This document shows positions 30,026 through 39,305 of a DNA stretch of 60,432 bases, piece by piece. This DNA is from an uncultured Bacilli bacterium (lineage in GTDB: Bacteria > Bacillota_I > Bacilli_A > RFN20 > CAG-449): the NCBI GenBank assembly GCA_944332225.1, contig CALVJO010000005.1, positions 1 to 60,432 of the forward strand, read 5' to 3'. The notes under the pieces were generated by a model. That model searched no databases, was not told where the DNA came from, and worked only from the letters and a program-made list of their open reading frames with translations. Within the stretch, counting starts at the first letter, position 1. Every line of letters starts with the position of its first letter. Both the position numbers and the translations under genes were made by a program.

Positions 30026-30095
30026 GTTAGTTATAACTAACATCATTATATTTAACGGAAATGCCTTGTCAACAAAAAAGTTAGATAGAACTAAC
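30026..30095 (-). promoter_or_regulatory. feo promoter flanked by two DtxR/MntR-family-like operators
   Basis: Minus-strand TTGACA (30072-30067), 16 nt, TATAAT (30050-30045); palindromes GTTAGTTATAACTAAC (30026-30041) and GTTAGATAGAACTAAC (30080-30095). Confidence 0.75.
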
Positions 30096-30232
30096 ATTTG
30101 ATTAAAATAAAGTTTTCTGATCCAGCCTATCTTAATTATTAATAATGTTAGGCAACAAAATAGATAAGGAAAATATTTGATTCAATCTTTACATGCATAT
30201 TATGTAATAGCTTACAAGATAAATGATGAATA

Positions 30233-32101
30233 TTATTTGCTTCTTAAATAATGGTAGTAACCATCTTTCTCTTCGATAAATTTAAAGCCTTTAATTTTAT
30301 ATTTATTACCATTAGCTAAAAGAAAAATATCTTTCAAACTTGAAATCTTTTTATAAATATTATGACTGTTTAAAACAGATCTTGTCTCCATTCCTAACAA
30401 ATCTTTAGATGCTGACGGGGATATTTTAATAAAGATGAAAGTAATTATTTTCATAAAAAATAATTTTAGCTTAGATGGTTTATAATTTGAAGAAACAGCT
30501 AAAGGGACGAATGTTTGCTCTAATAAAGAAGAAACTTGCTTAAAAGTTAATTTTGCTTTTTTAGAATAATGTTTTAAGGCTTTTCTTTGCAATATATTAG
30601 GATTATCTAAAACTAATTTAGATAATGACAAAGTAAAATTAAGATTATTTGATTCTTGTTCCTCTTCTAACATCTTTTCATAAATTCTTTTTTCAAGCGC
30701 GTTGTAATCATTAAAGATGATTGCTTCATATGATTTAGATAAATAAATTGAATCTATTTGTTTGTTAGTATTTAGAAAATTTAAATCCAGACTCTTACCA
30801 TCTAAAGGAAAGATAATTTCCTTTAAAGATGGACAATTTTCAATTAAGCATCTAATCGGTTTATTTACAATGCAGGAAGAATAATCAGCCTTAATTAAAT
30901 TAGGTAGGTTTTCTAGCAGGATAAAGCAATCTTCGTTTCCTTCATCATTTTTAAAATAATTAGATGGAAAGATGATGTTTTCAATTTTAGAATTTTCAAA
31001 ATGATCTAAATATCCATCAAAATTATCATTTAATATGAGAGTTTTTAAATTTTCTTTATTTGAGCATCCAACAACATTGACATCAGGTAAAAATAGCCAA
31101 TTATAATTCTGATCAAAATAATTATTGTTCATCTTAGAAATAGTGTTGTTAACATATATTGTTTTAAGCTTTGGCTTATTAAAATCACCGATGAAATCGG
31201 ATTCAAGATTAGAAACATTTCTTAAATCTAGAATTCTAAGATTCTTGCATCCTAAAAAGACATTTGAATAGATATGTTTACAAGATTTAGGAATATTAAT
31301 TTCCTTTAAAGAAAAGCAGTTAAGAAAAGTATAGCCATTAGAATCAGATTCTATCTTTTCATGCCCACCTATAGATTCTATAGTCTCAGGAAGATAGATA
31401 GTTTCTAAAAAGGTCATATTAGCAAAAGCCATAGGGCCAAGAGCAATAACTTTATATTTTTTATCCTCAATAGTTAAATAAGGAGGAACATTTATTTTAT
31501 AAGCAAAAGGATCTTTATAACCGCTTATGATGAGAGAATCTTCAATAATTTTAACCATGAAAGGATTCTCTTTTTTCATCGCGCGTAAAGCTTTTATTTT
31601 TTCTTCATAAGATGATGCGCCTAGAAGATAGGTTATTTCATTTGCAAATACTTTTTTATATAGCTTCTTTGCTTCGTTTGGTAAAGATAAAGATTCGCTT
31701 AATATTTCCCCTGATACTGTTAAATTATTAATCTTTCCGTAATTAATCGAAAAATATGATTTATGAGAAAGGTCTACTCTTTTCATAAGTCTATAAAGGA
31801 AAGGATCATTCAATGAATCTTCGTTTAAATATATAATTGCTCCTATACAATCATAATCATCAATTTTTTCTAAAATGAAATCTTGATAATCTTTGCTAGA
31901 GTCAATCTTTTTATCGTAGAAAACAGAAATATTTTCTGATAGATAGATTAAAACATCAATCAAGGCTTCCTTATATAAAGAGGTAGGATAGTAAATTAAA
32001 TAATATCCTTGATCTATAAGAGGCTCAGGAATCAGCTTTTTTATATCATCATTAATTTCTTTAGATTGTAAAATTTGGTTAATCTTTTCTTTAGTATCCA
32101 T
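30233..32101 (-). CDS. degenerate TIR plus BspA-type LRR (LRR_5) protein
   Basis: N-terminus colinear with the upstream TIR paralog (GYYLIYY...VFYDKKI...CIGAIIYLNEDSL); LRRs AFANMTFLETIYLP, FLNCFSLKEINIP, FLGCKNLRILDL. Confidence 0.7.
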   Translation of the reverse strand: MDTKEKINQILQSKEINDDIKKLIPEPLIDQGYYLIYYPTSLYKEALIDVLIYLSENISVFYDKKIDSSKDYQDFILEKIDDYDCIGAIIYLNEDSLNDPFLYRLMKRVDLSHKSYFSINYGKINNLTVSGEILSESLSLPNEAKKLYKKVFANEITYLLGASSYEEKIKALRAMKKENPFMVKIIEDSLIISGYKDPFAYKINVPPYLTIEDKKYKVIALGPMAFANMTFLETIYLPETIESIGGHEKIESDSNGYTFLNCFSLKEINIPKSCKHIYSNVFLGCKNLRILDLRNVSNLESDFIGDFNKPKLKTIYVNNTISKMNNNYFDQNYNWLFLPDVNVVGCSNKENLKTLILNDNFDGYLDHFENSKIENIIFPSNYFKNDEGNEDCFILLENLPNLIKADYSSCIVNKPIRCLIENCPSLKEIIFPLDGKSLDLNFLNTNKQIDSIYLSKSYEAIIFNDYNALEKRIYEKMLEEEQESNNLNFTLSLSKLVLDNPNILQRKALKHYSKKAKLTFKQVSSLLEQTFVPLAVSSNYKPSKLKLFFMKIITFIFIKISPSASKDLLGMETRSVLNSHNIYKKISSLKDIFLLANGNKYKIKGFKFIEEKDGYYHYLRSK

Positions 32102-32102
32102 A

Positions 32103-33767
32103 TTATTTATTCTCTATTCTTATAAATTTATGATAGTTAGTTAAATCAGATTCAACCCGTTTAAAAGCTGAACTAACTTTGATTTTTTGGCTTGTTAAAT
32201 AGATAGTATCTAACGTAGGAATAACTTCATCAATATAGGTTAGTCTCTTGCTGTTTTTAATTTTATTTTCAATAACTATAAGTTTCTTTGTATTAATAAT
32301 TGCTGTTTTAAGATTTAGACAATCATTAAAAGAACTAGATGACAAATGAATCTCTTTAGGATGCTTTAGTTCAATTTTTTGAAGGCTGCTACAACCATAA
32401 AAAGCATCTTTATCTATCAAAGAAACATCATTTAATACTAAGCTTTCAAGGCTCTTTAAATTTGAAAATGCCTCGGTTTCTATAGTTAGATTTTTTGCTT
32501 CGTCGATAATGTTTTTTATCTTTATACAATTTTTAAAGGCTTGGGGATAGATGCATTTTAATCCATTTGGTAAATTGATTGATTCTAAACTTTTACAATT
32601 ATAGAACGCGCGATATCTAATGGAATAGCAGTTATCAGGTATGGTGAAATTAATCAAATTTTGGCAGTTAGCTAGAGCCTCATCTTGAATTATTTCTAAA
32701 CTGTTAACGATAATAGTTTTTAAATTAGGAGAATCTTTAAAAAGAAAGAAAGCATCGTCCCCTTTTTCAAATTCAATAGTTTCAAGATATTCACTTTTAC
32801 CGATTAGGGATACATTATTAGGCACGAATAGATATTTTAAGTTGATGCAGTTATTAAACGCGGACATTTCTATTCTCCCGTTTTCCGTCTTAGCTAGATT
32901 TACTTTAGTTAAATTAACGCAGTTATAGAAGGCGTAGTCTTGAATGTATTTCCAGTTTATAGGCAAGCTAATTTCTTCAAGAAAACGAAAATTAGCAAAC
33001 GAACCAACTCCAATTCCTGAAACAGGTTTTGTCTCACCTTTAATTTTAATATTTTGAGGTATAGAAACCTTTTTGATTGATATATCTCGACAATAAGATA
33101 ATAAATATTCATTATTTTCATCGCCCATAGAATCATCTTTTGAGTATTTAAATAATTTTGGAGAAGGAATATTTTTGATTTGCTCCTTAATCTCATCAAG
33201 CGAAGTATTTGAAATCTCCAAAAGGACTTTTGATTTAATTGATAATATTGATTTTAAAAATATTTTTTCATCTAAAGAAATATTTAAAGAATTATATATT
33301 TCATCGGTGACCTCAGCTTCTTTTAAAAGCTTTGGGGAGATATCTTTATTATTAGAAAAGAAGCTATCGATAACTATAAAAAATGGTTCAATATCAGGTA
33401 ATGAGATGATTAATGATGACTTTTTATATTTTGAGGATAAATTGTATTCCTTATTTAAGGAATCAGAATGCAAGCAGTTTTTACTTACAAAATAAATTAT
33501 TCCTTTGCACGAAAAAGAATAAACCTTCTTTTTTACAAATTTAATCCAACTTTCTCCGTTTTCTAAGCCCCTGTCATACCAAAGATTAATTCCTGATTCG
33601 AGAAGCTTTAAGATGTAAGGAAAGACCACTTTATAATCTTTATGAGAATAGGAAATAAAATAATAGCCTTCATCGCTGTTAGGATCTGGCATGATTCCTT
33701 GCTTTTGGACTTCTTCTAATGATTTAGAATTTAGAATGAAATTAATTTTATCTTGTAATGTATCCAT
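32103..33767 (-). CDS. TIR plus BspA-type LRR (LRR_5) protein
   Basis: YFISYSHKD, LWYDRGLENGESW, IYFVSKNCLHSDSLNKE TIR motifs; many AF.NC.NL..I.IP repeats. Confidence 0.85.
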   Translation of the reverse strand: MDTLQDKINFILNSKSLEEVQKQGIMPDPNSDEGYYFISYSHKDYKVVFPYILKLLESGINLWYDRGLENGESWIKFVKKKVYSFSCKGIIYFVSKNCLHSDSLNKEYNLSSKYKKSSLIISLPDIEPFFIVIDSFFSNNKDISPKLLKEAEVTDEIYNSLNISLDEKIFLKSILSIKSKVLLEISNTSLDEIKEQIKNIPSPKLFKYSKDDSMGDENNEYLLSYCRDISIKKVSIPQNIKIKGETKPVSGIGVGSFANFRFLEEISLPINWKYIQDYAFYNCVNLTKVNLAKTENGRIEMSAFNNCINLKYLFVPNNVSLIGKSEYLETIEFEKGDDAFFLFKDSPNLKTIIVNSLEIIQDEALANCQNLINFTIPDNCYSIRYRAFYNCKSLESINLPNGLKCIYPQAFKNCIKIKNIIDEAKNLTIETEAFSNLKSLESLVLNDVSLIDKDAFYGCSSLQKIELKHPKEIHLSSSSFNDCLNLKTAIINTKKLIVIENKIKNSKRLTYIDEVIPTLDTIYLTSQKIKVSSAFKRVESDLTNYHKFIRIENK

Positions 33768-33799
33768 CTTTTTAAGTAATTATATCCCATATTTTTTAG

Positions 33800-34912
33800 T
33801 TAAAATAAGTCACTTTTATTAAAAGAGAAAAAGAAATGAAGAGAATTTAAATCATATAAAGATTCTAATGATAAGATATAACGATTAAATTCCATCATAG
33901 AAGCAAATGTTTTAATTGGATTTTCGCTTGTTTTAGAAATATCGATAGAATCATTATTTATCTTTATTAGAAGTCGTTCATCACCTATTTGATAAACATA
34001 AGTTTTGTTTTCAAAAGTCATGATATTTTTATTGATTGAGAAGAGAAATTTTAAAAATTCAATCTCATCATAGACTTTAATTAATAAATCATCTTGAAGA
34101 GAGATATTCTCACTTAATAATGAAAATTTATAAAATAAATCACGATCTAAAGAAGAGACTGATATTGTTAATTCTTTATTAAAATAATTAAATATAGATT
34201 TAATAATTAAAGGTAATTTATCTATATCAAATATAACAAATTCATCAATATTATCTAAATGTTCTTTTTTGGTGAAGTAGCCATAGACTTTATCATTTTG
34301 CTTTAAAATATAAGGTTTTCTTCTCCCACCTATTAATGATTTATAGAAATCATCTTTAGTTTTAAGCTTATATAAATCCTGCTTTAAATATTGAGAATAT
34401 AAAGCTTCAATATCATCATCTGATTCCTGTAATTCAAGGCATGAAATCTCGGTTTTTAAAGGTAATCTTTTATTTAGAATCGTGAAATTATAATCATAAC
34501 CAACTTTTTCATAACCAAAGTGATTATATCTTGTTCTATCTCCAGTTAAGATAGAGAAAATAACCTTCTGAGAAACATTCTCAGAGTTAATATTTTTCAT
34601 CAATAAAGACATATAGCCCCGATTTTGATATTCTTTTAAAGTCGCGATTGAGCCAACAAAAGAAACTAGATAAGGTTTATCTAGATTAATCTCTTTTAAA
34701 ATATTCCCTCCGACTGAGACCATTTTTTGATCTTCAATGATGCAGAAGTGAGATGGAGAATAGTCAATTTTAGAACTATAGATTTTAGCCATATTGATTC
34801 TAAAATCAAATTCAGGATATCTTACTTCTTTAAACGCGGAGTTCGCGCAGGAGAGGATTTGATTTAGTTCTCCTTTTTTACATTTTCTTATGTTCATTAT
34901 AGGCGTCCTCAT
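33800..34912 (-). CDS. GNAT (Eis-like) acetyltransferase
   Basis: VGSIATLKEYQNRGYMSLLM acetyl-CoA motif, RYNHFGYE; alternative start ATG 34897 with GAGG SD; overlaps the upstream gene end. Confidence 0.85.
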   Translation of the reverse strand: MRTPIMNIRKCKKGELNQILSCANSAFKEVRYPEFDFRINMAKIYSSKIDYSPSHFCIIEDQKMVSVGGNILKEINLDKPYLVSFVGSIATLKEYQNRGYMSLLMKNINSENVSQKVIFSILTGDRTRYNHFGYEKVGYDYNFTILNKRLPLKTEISCLELQESDDDIEALYSQYLKQDLYKLKTKDDFYKSLIGGRRKPYILKQNDKVYGYFTKKEHLDNIDEFVIFDIDKLPLIIKSIFNYFNKELTISVSSLDRDLFYKFSLLSENISLQDDLLIKVYDEIEFLKFLFSINKNIMTFENKTYVYQIGDERLLIKINNDSIDISKTSENPIKTFASMMEFNRYILSLESLYDLNSLHFFFSFNKSDLF

Positions 34913-37900
34913 ATATCTTTAATAATTTTTTACTTCCGCTGATGAAGCCATCAGGGCTTCTAATAATAGTTACTTCATGATTGAATAACTCATTTATTTT
35001 AGGTAAATCTCTTAAAATAGCAAACATTTTAACATGCGTGTTATCTACAAGATCACTTATGTATTTTTTAAGCTCATCGTCTTGAAAATTATTAAGCTTA
35101 TTGTATTCATCTAATCCAATTAAGCAAATGTTATAATCATCTTTTTCGATTCGAACCTGGGAAAGAATCTCTTTATTATTCCTAAATAAGTTTATCTTCT
35201 TATAAAGAACGTCATCATCTACTTTCTTTAAGATGGTAAATTCGCTGCTTTTTTCAATTAAACTTAAATCAATTTTAGTTTTATTCTTGAATTCAAAGGA
35301 TAAGCTTTTAACGTTTTGTTTATTAAACTTGGTATGGAAATCGTTAATGGTTAATAGCTTAATATCATCAAATTGATCGATATATTTAATAGTTAAACCT
35401 GGATAGGAAGATAAGAATAAATAATTTTTATAAGTGATTTTAGTTAAATCTAATTCCCCAAAATCGATATTTTGAATTGATTCCATGTCAGCAAAAGCGT
35501 AGGAACCGATCTCTTTAATTGAAGAATTTAATTTAACGTTATTGATAAATTGACATGTAGAAAGAGAGTCTCCTCCAATTATTGAGACCATCGGATCGAT
35601 AACGATGTCTCCTTTGATTCCAGGAGGCATTCTAAATAAGGTAATCGATGATGAATCTTTAGAATACAATATTCCATCTTTCGTGAAGTATTTAGGATTG
35701 TTTTCAATAAAATACTTCGTTAATATTGGGCAAAAATCTGTGAAGTCAGATGAGATATCTTCAATTTCATCCGGTAAGATTAATTCTTCAATATTTTGAT
35801 TATAGGCTAATGAATGATCTTTAATTTCCTTTATTTCTTTAGGCAAGATCACTCTTCCTTTTAAAGCAGGGACTCCAATATTTAAAATTAATTTATTGTT
35901 TGGACCTTTTGAACAAAGCAGCTGATTATTTAATAATGAGACAAAGTTTTCATTATTTTTAGCTATCTTTATTTCTTTTAATTCATTACAGAATCTAAAT
36001 AATGGATGGTTAAAAACTTTATAGTTATTTCCTATATAGATAGTTTCTAAATTTGGACAGGAGATAAAACAAAATGCTGAAATCTTTAATTCATCCGTTG
36101 AGGAAATTAAATATGCTTTCTTTAATCGAGTCATCTTAGAAAATGACGCGTGAGATATATATTCACATGAAGCAGGGATTTTAATTATTTCTATATTCTC
36201 ACATGAGGCAAAAGCCATCTCAGGAATATAATATAGCTGTAAATTAGTTAAAATTTCATTTTGAATTTCTTCTTCTCGATATAGAGATAATTTATAAATT
36301 AATAAAGTTAAATTTGGATAAGTATTTTGATTTATTAAATTTTTATCAAAGTTTTGTTGGTTACCATTAATTAAGTCAAAAAATAAATCATCTTTGCTTA
36401 ATAGTTTTAATAAAGAATATTTTTCTAAGATATTTGAAGAAAAGTCATCTAATTCGTTTAATTTATCTACCCAATTTATTTTTTTATCTACGATAGAATT
36501 TATTTCTTCTTTAACATATTTATAGAGAAGATAAGTTTTAATTTCGTCGACTATATAGTATTCGTCTCCATCGTTTTGTAAGACTCCATAGGTCACTAGA
36601 AGATCTTTAAATAATAAGTTAGATATTTGTCCATATTCGCTTTTATACGCGCATTTACCGAGGGTTTTAAACTCTTCTAATAATTCTTTTTTGATTAAAG
36701 AGCTGATATCTAAATATTTATTATTAAATAAGGATGAAATTTGATTAATTAAAGATATTTCTCCTCCTGATTCTAAAAGAAGGGAGAAGATTTCTAATTC
36801 ATTTTGAACTAATATTTCTTTTAAGAAAGATTCATTGTTATTAAGTAATTTAATTAACAAATTAATCTTAGAATAAGATGAGAAAAATTTAAAAAACCTA
36901 TCATCTTCCGTTAGATTATTGATTTGATTAATGATATTTGGTGATACTTTACAAAATTTTAAATAGGCGAGAATTTTATTTTTATTAAGAGATAATATCT
37001 CCGCGTATGTTTCTTCCATTTTCTTAGAAATATCTAGGGCTAAAGACTTATTTACATATCTTTTTCTTGAGAAAAATACGATTTCAAAACTAGATTTTAA
37101 ATCGTCTATCTCATTTAAAATTATCTGTTTAAGATTACTAGCTACATAATCAAAATTATCTAATAACAAACATATTTTTTGATGATAGGAAGAATAGGTA
37201 GCTAAATCATCAAAGTTAAATCCGATGGTGTTAGGAAAGTTTAATGAAAAAGCGTTTTGAATAAGATTTTCGTCACTTGAGGATAATGAAGCAATCTTGC
37301 TTAAATCAATATAGAGAGAATATTGATTATTCAAATAATAATTAATTAAAAGATATGAGGTTCCTGAACCTTCTGATCCAAAGATATTAATTGGGAAATT
37401 ATGATTGATTAATTTTTCTAATGACGATGAATTCTCATCTGAAAGATAAACTTGATCCTTATCATCTTTTAAATCAGGTAAAGACGAAGTCATAATCTCT
37501 TTTTTAAAGAAGAAAGATTTAAAATAGATATGATTGATTATTAAGCATGATGAGGTGACTTGATATAGATAATAATTATTTTGATTAATTGATTTAATTA
37601 AGATATTTAAAAAGTATTTAAACCCGTTAATTAAATCATATGTTTCATAATAAATTTTATTAATATCAGAAGAATTATTATAGATATCATTTAATTTTTC
37701 GTTGATGTATATAACGGTTTGATTGATAAATTCTTGATTATCTTTAGTTTTATAATGAGTTAAAAGATGGTCTTTTAAAACTGAATTAACATTAAGAGAA
37801 GAAGGAAGAGAAAGTAAATAAGAATCACTTCGATATCCCATCAAATCGTTTAAGATATTTTTTATAAATATAGAATTAGCTTCTAAGTTTAAGTTATTTG

Positions 37901-38522
37901 AAAAAGGCTCATCGTTAATAAAGGCAAAACTTTTCGTTCTTGGATCGATAAATAAGGTCGAAAAATCAGCTTTAGATGATAGATATTCATTTTGATCTTG
38001 CTTAGCTAAAAGATAAGAAAGCAAATTGATAAATAAAGATAGAAAATTTTCATAGCTAGGAACTAGAGATCCTTTTCCAATATAATTTAAAAATGGAATT
38101 CCATTATTTTCATTAACATCAGAAAAAGTAGTTAATTTACAAGACGGAAAATCATCATGAGAAGTGACGATTTCTATAAACTCATCATAGCTCATAGCCA
38201 CTTGAATCTTAGAAAATTTCTCAGCGAGGCTGAGATTATGAGTTAACTTATCTAAATCGATAACATAGATTTTTTTCTTACGATCAGTTGCATCATCATA
38301 TTCTTTTTGACAATATTCAGAATAGCGATAGTTATTGCTGACAAAAGCGATGAAAATCGTGCATGAAGCAATCGCGCAACGGATGTGCGCGTCCCAAAAG
38401 TCTCCAGATTTTAAATCTTTTTTATCATAAAAATATAGATATCTCTTTTCTTTTAAATAGTTCACATATGGTTCGACTAATAGATAGTCTTTATGTGAGT
38501 AAGATATAAATATAGACCCCAT
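34878..38522 (-). CDS. TIR - STAND/NACHT-like NTPase (degenerate P-loop) - BspA LRR - HPr kinase N-terminal-like multidomain protein
   Basis: IFISYSHKD, FYDKKDLKSGDFW and FIAFVSNNYRYSEYCQKE TIR; IFGSEGSGTS Walker A-like; CLLLDNFD Walker B; LRRs at about aa 770-1050; ICLIGLDEYNKL...ILRDLP...IIRS tail. Confidence 0.75.
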   Translation of the reverse strand: MGSIFISYSHKDYLLVEPYVNYLKEKRYLYFYDKKDLKSGDFWDAHIRCAIASCTIFIAFVSNNYRYSEYCQKEYDDATDRKKKIYVIDLDKLTHNLSLAEKFSKIQVAMSYDEFIEIVTSHDDFPSCKLTTFSDVNENNGIPFLNYIGKGSLVPSYENFLSLFINLLSYLLAKQDQNEYLSSKADFSTLFIDPRTKSFAFINDEPFSNNLNLEANSIFIKNILNDLMGYRSDSYLLSLPSSLNVNSVLKDHLLTHYKTKDNQEFINQTVIYINEKLNDIYNNSSDINKIYYETYDLINGFKYFLNILIKSINQNNYYLYQVTSSCLIINHIYFKSFFFKKEIMTSSLPDLKDDKDQVYLSDENSSSLEKLINHNFPINIFGSEGSGTSYLLINYYLNNQYSLYIDLSKIASLSSSDENLIQNAFSLNFPNTIGFNFDDLATYSSYHQKICLLLDNFDYVASNLKQIILNEIDDLKSSFEIVFFSRKRYVNKSLALDISKKMEETYAEILSLNKNKILAYLKFCKVSPNIINQINNLTEDDRFFKFFSSYSKINLLIKLLNNNESFLKEILVQNELEIFSLLLESGGEISLINQISSLFNNKYLDISSLIKKELLEEFKTLGKCAYKSEYGQISNLLFKDLLVTYGVLQNDGDEYYIVDEIKTYLLYKYVKEEINSIVDKKINWVDKLNELDDFSSNILEKYSLLKLLSKDDLFFDLINGNQQNFDKNLINQNTYPNLTLLIYKLSLYREEEIQNEILTNLQLYYIPEMAFASCENIEIIKIPASCEYISHASFSKMTRLKKAYLISSTDELKISAFCFISCPNLETIYIGNNYKVFNHPLFRFCNELKEIKIAKNNENFVSLLNNQLLCSKGPNNKLILNIGVPALKGRVILPKEIKEIKDHSLAYNQNIEELILPDEIEDISSDFTDFCPILTKYFIENNPKYFTKDGILYSKDSSSITLFRMPPGIKGDIVIDPMVSIIGGDSLSTCQFINNVKLNSSIKEIGSYAFADMESIQNIDFGELDLTKITYKNYLFLSSYPGLTIKYIDQFDDIKLLTINDFHTKFNKQNVKSLSFEFKNKTKIDLSLIEKSSEFTILKKVDDDVLYKKINLFRNNKEILSQVRIEKDDYNICLIGLDEYNKLNNFQDDELKKYISDLVDNTHVKMFAILRDLPKINELFNHEVTIIRSPDGFISGSKKLLKIYEDAYNEHKKM

Positions 38523-38584
38523 GCCTAAATATTATCATTTTTAAACTAATGATTGTATTAAAGTTAAAAAAAACCTGATTTTGA

Positions 38585-39301
38585 TTATTCTTTGCTGACT
38601 GAATAAGGATCAACAAACTGAAAAGTTAAACAGTCTGAATACTTTTTAGCAATTTCAATTTTGCTATCATCATCGATAGTCCAAGATAAAGTTAATCTTT
38701 TATTTATTGATTTTTGATATTTAGGCTTCTTTAAAAGCTCGACATCTAAGTCAACACCTTCAAAAAAGTGACGGAAAATATATGGATATTCATTGCTTCC
38801 AACTAGAAGCAAACGATTGATAGATAATGATTTAACATACAATAAACATTGAGGATAGAAAGAGATGATTAAATAGTTTTTTGCGTCCTTAATATCTTTT
38901 AGCTCTTCTTTTAAGCGATTAGCTAAAGCTTTATAGTTTTGTTTATAAGGCTTAAGTTCAATAACTAAAGGAACCTTTTCTGAGACTAAAGATAGAACCT
39001 CTTGTAAGGTTGGAACCGTCTCACCATTTAATAATCGATAATTATCTTTAATTTCTTGTAAGGTTAAATTTTCAATTATCCCCTCTTTAGATGTAGTTCT
39101 CTTTAATGAAGCATCATGCATCACGATGAGATTATTATCTTTAGAAAGATGAACATCTAATTCGATGGCTAAATTATGATTTAGAGCATTTTTAAAGGCT
39201 TCCATCGAATTTTCAGTGATTTTTTCATTATGTAATCCTCGATGGCAAACACCTTTAAAAATGGATGGATTAATCCTCTTTAATACTTTTTCTTTATTCA
39301 T
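38585..39301 (-). CDS. glycerophosphodiester phosphodiesterase
   Basis: CHRGL..ENSMEAF, IELDVHLSKD, VMHD..LKRT, VPTLQEVL, IELK, WTID; likely start ATG 39301. Confidence 0.92.
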   Translation of the reverse strand: MNKEKVLKRINPSIFKGVCHRGLHNEKITENSMEAFKNALNHNLAIELDVHLSKDNNLIVMHDASLKRTTSKEGIIENLTLQEIKDNYRLLNGETVPTLQEVLSLVSEKVPLVIELKPYKQNYKALANRLKEELKDIKDAKNYLIISFYPQCLLYVKSLSINRLLLVGSNEYPYIFRHFFEGVDLDVELLKKPKYQKSINKRLTLSWTIDDDSKIEIAKKYSDCLTFQFVDPYSVSKE

Positions 39302-39305
39302 ATGA

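Noticed and set aside
30100-38584. Mobile-element boundaries around the TIR cluster
   Set aside because: No integrase, transposase, tRNA or flanking direct repeats could be identified by eye
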